Origin: a virus
Lineage: Duplodnaviria > Caudoviricetes
DNA: 54,555 bases
IMG/VR virus record: IMGVR_UViG_3300037153_000401
Location: 1-54,555 of that record
Direction: 5' to 3' (one strand)
Part shown: piece after piece, positions 8,117-16,877 of the stretch
How the letters are laid out: each line of letters opens with the position of its first letter
Numbering within the stretch: the stretch's first letter is position 1
Notes under the pieces: generated by a model
Seen by the model: only the letters and a program-made list of their open reading frames with translations
What the model was told of the DNA's origin: nothing
Databases searched by the model: none
Translations under genes and position numbers: made by a program

Positions 8117-8971
8117 ATGAACCATTCGCAAGACGAAAACAAAGGATTTAGCGACGTGGATTTCTGGATCGCCGAATGGCTCAAGCCGACCGGCAAGCGC
8201 CGCAGCGAACACACCGCCCTCGCCTACCGGGCCGACGTGAAAGCGTTCCTGAAGCGCGCGGGAAAGCCATTCGACCAGGTCGAAGTCGCCGACCTGCAGG
8301 ACTACCAGTCTTACCTGGCCGACGAGTACGGCGCCGAGAAGACGCGCGCGCGGAAGATGGCCAGCGTCTGCAGTTTCTATCGCTTCTTGAACAATCGCGA
8401 GGTGACGGAGCTGAACCTGGCGCGGATTGAACGAACAAAGATAGATCGCTCAATCAATCACGATGAACTGCTCACGGTCGAACAGATCCGCGCCATCATC
8501 GCCGCTACGGCGGCTAATTCCCTGCACCACGCGCTACTCAAATTCCTCTACCTGACTGGCGTGCGGATCAGCGAGGCGCTAGGGCTTCGCTGGCGCGACC
8601 TACGCCAACTCGACGACGCCGGCGAGGCTCATATTCTCGGCAAGGGCGGAAAGAGACGTATGGTCTTTCTGCCAGCCGACCTATGGCGAGACCTGATGGC
8701 GCTGCGCGGCGCCGCTGATGATAAGGATCACCCCTTCCCTTTCTCGTCACAGAACGCTTGGAAGGTCGTAAAGAAGGCCGGCATCGCCGCTGGCGTCGCA
8801 GACGTTCACCCTCACCAGTTCAGGCACGCTTATGTGTCTCACCTGCTGGCAGAGAACGCGCCTCTGGCCGACGTGAGTGAGGCTGTAGGACACGCCAGCA
8901 TTGCAACCACAGGGCTCTACGCGCACCCGACGAAAGGGCGTGATTTGGCCTTAAAACTGAGCGCAGAATGA
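8117..8971 (+). CDS. Tyrosine recombinase/integrase (XerC/D-like)
   Basis: TGVRISE (R), GKGGK (K), HPHQFRH (H-x-x-R), GHASIATTGLY (H, Y): full catalytic set. Confidence 0.92.
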   Translation: MNHSQDENKGFSDVDFWIAEWLKPTGKRRSEHTALAYRADVKAFLKRAGKPFDQVEVADLQDYQSYLADEYGAEKTRARKMASVCSFYRFLNNREVTELNLARIERTKIDRSINHDELLTVEQIRAIIAATAANSLHHALLKFLYLTGVRISEALGLRWRDLRQLDDAGEAHILGKGGKRRMVFLPADLWRDLMALRGAADDKDHPFPFSSQNAWKVVKKAGIAAGVADVHPHQFRHAYVSHLLAENAPLADVSEAVGHASIATTGLYAHPTKGRDLALKLSAE

Positions 8972-9016
8972 TGACTGACGCGCGTCTCTTTGCAAATTTT
9001 GCGACCAGTGCTGCGC

Positions 9017-9043
9017 TTGACACCTAGTTCTCTATATGAGAAC
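9017..9043 (+). promoter_or_regulatory. higBA promoter region with palindromic operator
   Basis: TTGACA 9017-9022 followed by inverted repeat GTTCTC-TATAT-GAGAAC (9027-9043); -10 is weak. Confidence 0.5.
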
Positions 9044-9130
9044 CTAGCCGCGTCAGAATGATGATCGCGAAGTAAGGAAGTGGGGAATCATGACTCGCAT
9101 AATTTTTTTCAGACTGAAGGAGCCGGGGAA

Positions 9131-9433
9131 ATGCGGATTATTTCCTACCCTAAATTACGCGAATTTTACGAGAAGCATCCTGATAGCGAGACGGCCCTCG
9201 AAGGCTGGTATACGGCTGTCAAGAACGCCGATTGGAAGACGCCCGCCGACGTGCGTAAAACATTCAGGTCAGCGGACTTCTACAAGAATTGCACAGTATT
9301 CGACATCGGCGGCAATAAATATCGACTAATCGCGTGGGTCAACTATCGGACTCACGCCGTTTACATCAGAGCGATTCTGACCCATAACGACTATGACAAA
9401 GGCAAATGGAAAGCTGATTGCGGTTCCGGGTGA
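9131..9433 (+). CDS. higB: HigB family toxin (RelE-like mRNA interferase)
   Basis: MRIIS..LREFYEKHPD...W...VFDIGGNKYRLI...ILTHNDYDK. Confidence 0.9.
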   Translation: MRIISYPKLREFYEKHPDSETALEGWYTAVKNADWKTPADVRKTFRSADFYKNCTVFDIGGNKYRLIAWVNYRTHAVYIRAILTHNDYDKGKWKADCGSG

Positions 9434-9821
9434 TCCGAAGAAATACGGCTCCCTGCTCGCCCAAACGCTTCCGGCCGTCATCCAGACCGAGGAGCAGAAT
9501 GAACAGTACCTGGCGATCGTCGAGAAACTGATGCGCAAGGGCGAGGAGAATCTGTCGCCTGAAGAAAATACGCTGCTCGACCTGCTCGTGCATCTGATCG
9601 AAGATTTCGAGAAGAGATACTATAAACCACGTAAGGCCACGCCGCTTGAAGTGCTACACGAGTTGATGGCCGCGAACGACCTCAAACAGTCCGACCTGGT
9701 CCCGATCTTCGGCTCCAAGGGGATCACTTCGGAAGTAGTCAACGGCAAGCGCGGAATCAGTAAGGCGAACGCGAAAGCGCTGGGCGAACTCTTCAGTATC
9801 TCGCCCGCCGCCTTTATCTAG
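9393..9821 (+). CDS. higA: HigA family antitoxin with C-terminal XRE HTH
   Basis: LLVHLIEDFE...LKQSDL..IFGSKGITSEVVNGKRGIS; follows higB. Confidence 0.9.
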   Translation: MTKANGKLIAVPGDPKKYGSLLAQTLPAVIQTEEQNEQYLAIVEKLMRKGEENLSPEENTLLDLLVHLIEDFEKRYYKPRKATPLEVLHELMAANDLKQSDLVPIFGSKGITSEVVNGKRGISKANAKALGELFSISPAAFI

Positions 9822-9830
9822 GAGCGCCAC

Positions 9831-9879
9831 AAACAAAAAGGCCGGCCAGGGCTTAATTCCCTAGCCGGCCTTCCCTTTT
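9831..9879 (-). terminator. Intrinsic terminator between convergent arms, probably bidirectional
   Basis: AAGGCCGGC(C)AGGG-loop-CCCT(A)GCCGGCCTT with A-tract on the left and T-tract on the right. Confidence 0.75.
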
Positions 9880-9896
9880 GCAAATTTTGCAATCCC

Positions 9897-12800
9897 CTAC
9901 TGCAACGCCGCCGCAGCCGCCTTCCGCCTCTCCTTCCGCTCCGATTCCCGCACGCTCTCCAGGATACGAGCCGGATTGAACAGGTAGAGAGCTGGACGTT
10001 TCTCGCCGCTCTGCTTCGAGATTTGTTCATTGAGGTATTTCAATGCGGCTTTCCGCACTTCCGGCAGCGCTGCTTTGTAGCCCTCCGATCTGACCAATTC
10101 CAGTCCGTACTTCGTATTCCACTCGTTCGCGAGTGATCGCCGCGCCGCAAACTGCGCAGGCGTCTCCTCGCCCTTCTTTAGTGACTTCGGCCCCTGGTAG
10201 GTGAAGATGTCCTTAAGTTGTTGGGTTATAGGCTTCGGCGCAGCCTGCGCAGGTTCCTCACCGCGTTTCGGTTCGAGAACCGATCTTGTCATTCCGGCGG
10301 CTTTCTGTTCAGCGCGCAGCTCGGGCGGCGTCTCAATGAAGTCCGGCTTCGCGCGGTCGGGATAGGTATTTATGCGTGCGCCGAGAGCCGACAGCGATGT
10401 CTTTGCCGCGCCAGTCTTGCCTTCCTCGCGATACGCGTCGGTCAGATCCTTGAGCAGCATCGGGACCGGCGCCATTTCCCATACTTTTTCCGCCGTAGAC
10501 ATTTCCTTGAAGGATTTGCCTTCAAATGTCCGTCCGCGCCCAAACGCCAAGACGTCCGAGAGAAGGGGCGATGCTTTGCCTTCCGCAAACTTTTGGGCCA
10601 CGCTGAGGGCGTCCTTGCCCGGTAAATTCCCCTCACCTCTGGCGCTGTTGTAGGCGGCCGCAATCAATCGTGCCACAAATTGCACTTGCGACTTCTTGCC
10701 GAACGTCAGATCGAGTCGCGTGTTGCCAGCGCGCGCCTGCATAAAGTCATCGTCCAGCGGATTGAATCCGACCTTGACGCCCGCCGCGTTCAGGAGCGCC
10801 GCCGTGCCGACCATTGCGCCGAGCGTCGTCAGCGAATCTTTCAGCGCCAGTTTGCGCGCCGCGGGCTCCATCCGCGCATATCTCACCGGATCGAGCAATT
10901 GGAAATTAGCGACCAGGTTGCGCGGCGCGAAAATGGTGGCGCCCATCAGGTCAGACGCTTGTTCAACCATGCCGCCCTTGCGCAACTGCCCGCGACCGGA
11001 AGCGATATTGATGAACGCGGCCGCGTCCTTATAGGCTTTGGGATTGTTCTCCCAGGTGATGCCGGCCTTATCCAGCGACTTGACATAGCTTTCCCACACG
11101 GACATACGTAGCGTATCGAGATAGGTCCGATAGCCTCGTTCGAGCTGCCGGAAGCCCGGTTTTTCAGCGAGAAAACCGCGATAAGCCTCTTCCCCGCCCG
11201 CCTTGTTGCCCTTCAGCCGCTCGCCCGTCGCGAAATATACACCGGACTTCTCGGCGAGCTTGCGTAGCGGATGGAATGCGATTTCGGTGTCGATGGCGTC
11301 GCTCTGCGATTGAGACAGAGAGCGAAACATCTTCGACATTGAGCCAGGTACTTTGGACGGATGCGACGCGCTGAGCCAGAAGCCTTGAGCGCCAGGGGCG
11401 CCAAAGTCGAACGAGGTCATCAACGTCCGCATTTCGTTGCCGAGGCCTTTGGCGTACTTGCCGATCGTAGACCCAAGCCCCTCGGTTTCAATATCAGCTT
11501 TCGTCGGGTTGGCCTTAGGCGCGCCGCGCTTGCTGAAGAGCCCCTGAAGCGCGCCGAAGCCGGAGCCCATCACGTGGCCCTTGCCTTCCCGGAACGTCGC
11601 CGCGATGTAGTGATTGCCTTTGTCATCTTGAACCAAATCGCCGCGATCGGCCTCGGATAATGACTGCGGATAATCGTGGCGGTGTAAGGCGATCCGCCCT
11701 TCATCCCTGAGCTTGACCATCGCCGCGTCGAAGTCGGCCTTGCTCATGTTTGGAAACTCCGCGCGCAATCGGCTGATTGATACCGGTGCGCCACCACGCG
11801 CTGATGGTTTTATTTTCAGCATGCCTCGCACGAGCTCGGCCGGCGTCGCCGCCTTGCCCCTCAGCTCAGGCATCGCCTCCGCCGGGATAGCATAACTGGC
11901 GCGCGGGCCCGCTTTGGCCGCTACGGTTTTTCCCGCAAGCGGTGATCGCGGCGCGTTCGGCGCTGTCAATTCGGGCATCGCGCCGGCGGGGATAGCGCCG
12001 GTTGATTTTACGAAGGCGGCCTGTCTATTTCCGCCACCTCTGGCCCTTGGATTCTGGATCGTCCGATCGTTACCTTCGGCGTCAATCACGCGCAGCTTAC
12101 CCCGTGGGACGCCTTTCTGGTTGGCGCTCTCAGTCACCAGGCCCAACGTGCTGTGCTGAATCTGACGACCTTCCGGTGGCGCTTCCGCCGCCTTCGCTGC
12201 GCGCCCCGGTGTTCGCGGCGCAATCCGATTGGCCGGCTCAATGCCAATCTGCTGCTGAAGTCTTCGCCGTTCTTTCTGCTGATCAATCGCGACCTTCAGG
12301 TCGAAGTTGTTCGCTTCGACCTGCGCCGGCGTGAGCTTCGATCGGCCGCGAATAGCCTGATTCTTGATCTCTTGAAGCCCGCGAATCTCATCCACGAGCT
12401 CCTCGTCGCTGAGCCGCTCGAAATGACCCTGCCGAGCATCCTCGCGGGAAACGTGGCTCTCGGCAACCTTCGGGCCGCCTGGGACTTGAACTTCCTGCGT
12501 CACCTTCCGCCCCGGCGCCAGTGTTTCCGGCATCGGTCCCGTCCGGGGCTCGAGTGCGGCGCGCCTGGCCGATCGCTCCTCCGGAGGCGGAGCTATCTGC
12601 TCCGGACGTCCGCCAGGCGGCGGGGCGAGTTCCTTTGGAGCACGCTCATTGTCATAGTCGCGGATCGCGGCCTGCAGTTCGTTGTATTCGTCTCTCAAGT
12701 CTCCGGTGAAATTGCCGCGGCGGTCATAGGCGAGCCTGCCGAGCGCATCACGCCTCGCCCTGAGCGAATCAATATTCGCGTCAGTCGCCTTGGAGACTTG

Positions 12801-15533
12801 AAGGCGTTCGGTCGGGGGACGGCGCGCGCCTGGCGTCTCGATCGGCTGGCCTTCGAGCGGCTTCGATACGCCGCGCGGCAGTTCAGCGCCAGCGCCTTCG
12901 ATGATCCGGTTCGTCGGCTCCTGCGCGAGAGTCTCCGCCACTGCGGCCTGCGCGGTTCGCCGTTGTTCCACCGTCTGCCGTACCGGCGATTGCGACGCCT
13001 GAGGCTGCCCGGGTAATGTCCGTGTCGTCGCATTCTCGGCGGCGATCCGTTCTCTGATCGCAGGCATTTGATCTGTCGGCTGCGCTGGCCCCTGCACCGG
13101 CGGCATTTCGGCGGTTTCCGGCGCATTTGGGAAACCGGTCAGGCTTTCCGTTGGCAGCATTTGCGTGCTGGCCGGTGGTAAGAGTTTGCGCGGCGACACG
13201 TATCCGAACGGCTCTGGATTCAGCTCCTGTGACGACGGCTGCGCCAGGATTGCGCCACGCAAACGTCCAGTTAGATCCGTAGTCGGCGCTGGTAATTTGG
13301 ACGCAGCCGACGCCTGTAATTGTTTTATGATCTGATCGGCGCGCGACCTGCCGACGCCGAGGCGATTTTGCAGATAGGTGGAGGCGTAACGGTCGTTGAT
13401 ATCCATTCCGCCACGGCTCAGCGTCTGCTGAGCGCGAGTAAACAACGGATCTGACGTTGGCGTTACCCTAGACGCTGTGGGTTGAGGCTGGGGCGGTAGC
13501 GACTCCGCCCCAGGTTGTACGGTCGATAGTTCTGGCTGAGCGGTCGGTTGAGACTGTGGGCGCAGCGCCTGCTCGATCATCGGACGCAGCATCGTTTCGT
13601 TCACACGGCGGCCATCAATCCGATCCGGAGCCAGGACAAGAACGGTCTCTACCGCGCCGTCAGGCTGCTCAATGTCGAACGGTATCTGTCGCTGACCTTT
13701 TTCACGCGGCGGGATTTGCTCGCCCTGTCGGAGGATCTTTACACCCGGTGGTAATGTGGATATTTCCGCTTGCGGCGCGGCCTCCGGAGGCGCGGCTTGC
13801 TCAACCGGCGCCTGCGAGGCCTGGCGCGCCGCGGCTCTTTCGGCCTGGAAGTTGGCGCGGGCCTCGGCCAGTTGCGCGGCTTTCGTTCCCGGATCCACGT
13901 TCGAGCGGTTGATGGTATCTACCGTCTGCGTGTAACGATCGATCGCCTGACGAATACCGACGTCCTTCGCTCCCGGAGCCTGGGCCGGGGCTTTAGGGAC
14001 GCCCAAATCAACACCGCTCGCTGCCCCAGCGCGAGAGATTCTCGGCGCCATCGCCATTTGCAGTCCGGCGCCTGTCATAGCCTGCTCGGCCACGTCTTCG
14101 GCGGTAATCGGCCGTCCGAGAGCAGCCGAGGTGGCCGCATATTGGCCTGCGTTCAAGCCCGCGCCGGTGGCTCCTTCAACGGCCAACTGCGCGGCTTTCT
14201 GCGCGGGTGTCGAGGCGAAGCGGGCGGACGCGCGGCCGGCCAGAGGTGATAACGCCTTACCGGCGGCCATCGCAACCGGCGCCGCGATAGTCGAAGCCAG
14301 AGCGCCCGCCGGATCGTGTTCGACGTCGGATTCGAGAGCGGTGAGAGCCGTCACGCCCGCGGGTCCGGTAAGCGCGGCCGCGGGCGCGAGCGTCAGCGCC
14401 TGTCCGGCGCCCGCCGCGGTTCCTCGAACGACCCTGCTTCGCATCCGATTGGCGATCGCTTCTTCCCTCGCCAGCTGCCTGGCCGCCTCTTCCCCTCTCG
14501 CCTGCTCGGCCTCGACCTGTTCGCCCTGCCCGACCGCGCGCATCAGCGGATCGGTAATTCTGTGGACACCGCGGTTGATGCCCGCGCCCGCCTCCGCGGC
14601 GCCGCTGAGTATTTCCTGTCCGAGCTGCCGGTAAAGCGGCTGCGAGTAATACTCTGCGCGCTGTCGCTCCTCTTCGGCGGACGGCGCCGTGGCCGCGGCT
14701 TGAGACGCCGGAGCGAATCCGGTCCCGGCCTTTGGCTTCACATATGGCCAGCCGCCTTCGCCCACGCCTACTTCCATCAGATCGCCGAAGCGATTCTTGA
14801 TATAGGCGGCAACCTGGTTCGCTCTCTGGAGATCCCCTTGGCGCTTGAGATCCTCGAACGCCTTGATCTGGCCAGTAAGTACACTCTGTCTTTGCCTGCG
14901 CGCGACCTCGGCATCGGACGCTTTCGTTTCCTGTGGCGTGAGCGGTTTAGGCGTCGGCGGGAAGGGATTGCCCGGCGTGCCGGCGGGCGATGGAGTGGAT
15001 GTCGGTTTCGCGGCTTGTTGCCCGCTCAAATCGAAGCGCATCCCATCGGATGGCGCAGTCCCTGGCGCTTGGGGTGAAGTGGCTGGCTGAGAGTCGTTGT
15101 ATGCCTTCCAGCGTTTTGCAACGGTTGTGACGTAAGCCGAAGGATTCGAGAGACCGTCTTTTGATTTTGCGCTCAGTGCGCCGTCCGACTTTACGGCGTC
15201 CGGCCCACCATAATAATACCCGGCAGCCGCAAGCCAGCGCTGATTATCGTCCTTCAGGTTTGAATACCGCTCGTATCCTTCGCGTAAATTCTTCGCCGCG
15301 CCGGCGATCTGGTGAAAAGGATCGTTCCGATCGAGGCCGTAACCACTCGCGGTAGCCTGTGTGAGTTGAAATTCTCCACGCACACCGGTCGGGGAGACGG
15401 CGTTCACATCGCCGCCCGATTCCTGCCCCCTAATGCTCTCCCACAAGCCCTTCGGAATGCCATAGCGCTCACGGGCCTGCTCGCGAAACTCGTCGAGGGT
15501 TAGTTCGGTTTTCGGTTGTGGGTCTTGTGGCAT
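9897..15533 (-). CDS. Large internal virion/ejection protein with N-terminal lytic transglycosylase domain
   Basis: 1878 aa; QESGG...GVRGEFQL...AAGYYYGG SLT-like motifs; last gene of virion module. Confidence 0.8.
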   Translation of the reverse strand: MPQDPQPKTELTLDEFREQARERYGIPKGLWESIRGQESGGDVNAVSPTGVRGEFQLTQATASGYGLDRNDPFHQIAGAAKNLREGYERYSNLKDDNQRWLAAAGYYYGGPDAVKSDGALSAKSKDGLSNPSAYVTTVAKRWKAYNDSQPATSPQAPGTAPSDGMRFDLSGQQAAKPTSTPSPAGTPGNPFPPTPKPLTPQETKASDAEVARRQRQSVLTGQIKAFEDLKRQGDLQRANQVAAYIKNRFGDLMEVGVGEGGWPYVKPKAGTGFAPASQAAATAPSAEEERQRAEYYSQPLYRQLGQEILSGAAEAGAGINRGVHRITDPLMRAVGQGEQVEAEQARGEEAARQLAREEAIANRMRSRVVRGTAAGAGQALTLAPAAALTGPAGVTALTALESDVEHDPAGALASTIAAPVAMAAGKALSPLAGRASARFASTPAQKAAQLAVEGATGAGLNAGQYAATSAALGRPITAEDVAEQAMTGAGLQMAMAPRISRAGAASGVDLGVPKAPAQAPGAKDVGIRQAIDRYTQTVDTINRSNVDPGTKAAQLAEARANFQAERAAARQASQAPVEQAAPPEAAPQAEISTLPPGVKILRQGEQIPPREKGQRQIPFDIEQPDGAVETVLVLAPDRIDGRRVNETMLRPMIEQALRPQSQPTAQPELSTVQPGAESLPPQPQPTASRVTPTSDPLFTRAQQTLSRGGMDINDRYASTYLQNRLGVGRSRADQIIKQLQASAASKLPAPTTDLTGRLRGAILAQPSSQELNPEPFGYVSPRKLLPPASTQMLPTESLTGFPNAPETAEMPPVQGPAQPTDQMPAIRERIAAENATTRTLPGQPQASQSPVRQTVEQRRTAQAAVAETLAQEPTNRIIEGAGAELPRGVSKPLEGQPIETPGARRPPTERLQVSKATDANIDSLRARRDALGRLAYDRRGNFTGDLRDEYNELQAAIRDYDNERAPKELAPPPGGRPEQIAPPPEERSARRAALEPRTGPMPETLAPGRKVTQEVQVPGGPKVAESHVSREDARQGHFERLSDEELVDEIRGLQEIKNQAIRGRSKLTPAQVEANNFDLKVAIDQQKERRRLQQQIGIEPANRIAPRTPGRAAKAAEAPPEGRQIQHSTLGLVTESANQKGVPRGKLRVIDAEGNDRTIQNPRARGGGNRQAAFVKSTGAIPAGAMPELTAPNAPRSPLAGKTVAAKAGPRASYAIPAEAMPELRGKAATPAELVRGMLKIKPSARGGAPVSISRLRAEFPNMSKADFDAAMVKLRDEGRIALHRHDYPQSLSEADRGDLVQDDKGNHYIAATFREGKGHVMGSGFGALQGLFSKRGAPKANPTKADIETEGLGSTIGKYAKGLGNEMRTLMTSFDFGAPGAQGFWLSASHPSKVPGSMSKMFRSLSQSQSDAIDTEIAFHPLRKLAEKSGVYFATGERLKGNKAGGEEAYRGFLAEKPGFRQLERGYRTYLDTLRMSVWESYVKSLDKAGITWENNPKAYKDAAAFINIASGRGQLRKGGMVEQASDLMGATIFAPRNLVANFQLLDPVRYARMEPAARKLALKDSLTTLGAMVGTAALLNAAGVKVGFNPLDDDFMQARAGNTRLDLTFGKKSQVQFVARLIAAAYNSARGEGNLPGKDALSVAQKFAEGKASPLLSDVLAFGRGRTFEGKSFKEMSTAEKVWEMAPVPMLLKDLTDAYREEGKTGAAKTSLSALGARINTYPDRAKPDFIETPPELRAEQKAAGMTRSVLEPKRGEEPAQAAPKPITQQLKDIFTYQGPKSLKKGEETPAQFAARRSLANEWNTKYGLELVRSEGYKAALPEVRKAALKYLNEQISKQSGEKRPALYLFNPARILESVRESERKERRKAAAAALQ

Positions 15534-15537
15534 AAGG

Positions 15538-16680
15538 CTACTTCAACAGGTCAGCCGCCTCGCTCACTGAGATCGCCGTGCGCCCCGGCATCCCTTTCCT
15601 ACCAAGCCTGCGCCGGTCAATCTCTGCCTTCCTTCTCTGCGCTGTGTCTCGCTGGATGGACTTCAGTTCGTCCGCTTGTATCTTGCCCCATTTGGCGTGA
15701 GCGCTCTTGATAGTGTCCGGAAAGTCGTCTTTGGTTATCTTGCCTTCAACGATGCGACGCTCGTCGGGCGTGAGATGTTTCTTCAGCATCTCACGCCGGC
15801 CTTCCATACTGCGCTGCGACTCCTCTTCGACCGTGCCCTGTTGGGCATCGAGTTGTGCGGCGATTCTGGCCTTTTCGTCCGCCGGCGAAGCCTTCGTCTC
15901 TTTCGGTAATGGCTCAGTGCCGGCAATGATCTGGCCGGTTGTCGTATCGTAGAGTCCGCGCGCCGTCTTGATCGGAGCTGGAGCCTTCGGCGCTACCGGC
16001 ATGAGCGCCCTGCGCGCGTCCGCCGTATTCTTCGCGGCTTGAGATCTCTTCAGCTCCGCGTCCATTGCGTCAGCCGCCGCCTGGCGCGCAGCCGCGCGAT
16101 CGGCGTCCTCGTACGCCCACCGCTCTTGAATCTTCGGCAGGATCTTCTGATTGAACTCCATTTCCCTGGCGCCCTTTGGATTGATTCCGCCGAACGCGCC
16201 ACCGGCAACTGCGCCGCCCACAGCTGCGCCGAGGCCGCCGCCTGTGGCGAACCCTTGCGCCGCGCCCTTGAGCGCGTTAAGCGCGGCAGATTTGACTCGC
16301 CCGGGCGTCTTTTGCAGATAGGCGTCTAACGCCTCCTTCTTCTCTTCATAACGAGTTGGCTGCTTGACTGGAGGCGGTCCGCCTATACCGGCAGGCGGCC
16401 CAGACGACACAGGCGCTGGCATCGGCGTGATTGGCCCCATGCCCACTTCCGGTAGATCACCTGGCTGCGGCGAGCTGGGCATCGGCCCATTCGCTATTGC
16501 GCCAGGGATGCCGCGCGGCGGCGCGGGGAGAGGGCGCGGGCTTGGCGCGGGAATGTCCGGCAGCCTGATAGGCGTAGGCGCGTCGGGGTTGATCGACGGC
16601 GTCATCGTCATATCTCTGTCTAATAGCCCCCGTGCGACCAGAAGTCGGCGGCGGTCATTGGCAAGTGGAAATATTGGCAT
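15538..16680 (-). CDS. Putative ejection/internal virion protein
   Basis: Pro-rich N-terminus, Gly/Ala hydrophobic stretch, coiled coil; start moved to ATG 16680 after SD GAGGT. Confidence 0.6.
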   Translation of the reverse strand: MPIFPLANDRRRLLVARGLLDRDMTMTPSINPDAPTPIRLPDIPAPSPRPLPAPPRGIPGAIANGPMPSSPQPGDLPEVGMGPITPMPAPVSSGPPAGIGGPPPVKQPTRYEEKKEALDAYLQKTPGRVKSAALNALKGAAQGFATGGGLGAAVGGAVAGGAFGGINPKGAREMEFNQKILPKIQERWAYEDADRAAARQAAADAMDAELKRSQAAKNTADARRALMPVAPKAPAPIKTARGLYDTTTGQIIAGTEPLPKETKASPADEKARIAAQLDAQQGTVEEESQRSMEGRREMLKKHLTPDERRIVEGKITKDDFPDTIKSAHAKWGKIQADELKSIQRDTAQRRKAEIDRRRLGRKGMPGRTAISVSEAADLLK

Positions 16681-16877
16681 AATCTCTACCTCTAAATCTG
16701 CGAGGCGAAGGCAACGGCCTCGATCCAATCAACACCAAAACTGACGCCATTCACCAGAACATCCGCCCCCACGCGCTGGCGCACGTCGGTTACAACGCTG
16801 CGAAGCAGGTCGTCCCGCATGCGCTCGCGGCGCCGATTAAAACGGCAAGTTTTCCTTGTCTGTCCATGACGCCCATT

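Noticed and set aside
8117-8971. Prophage boundary at the tyrosine recombinase
   Set aside because: Phage-type genes continue on both sides; the host-like sequence break is at about 130
16690-16876. Small ORFs between the fibre and ejection genes
   Set aside because: Two competing short frames (28 and 42 aa), neither with convincing support
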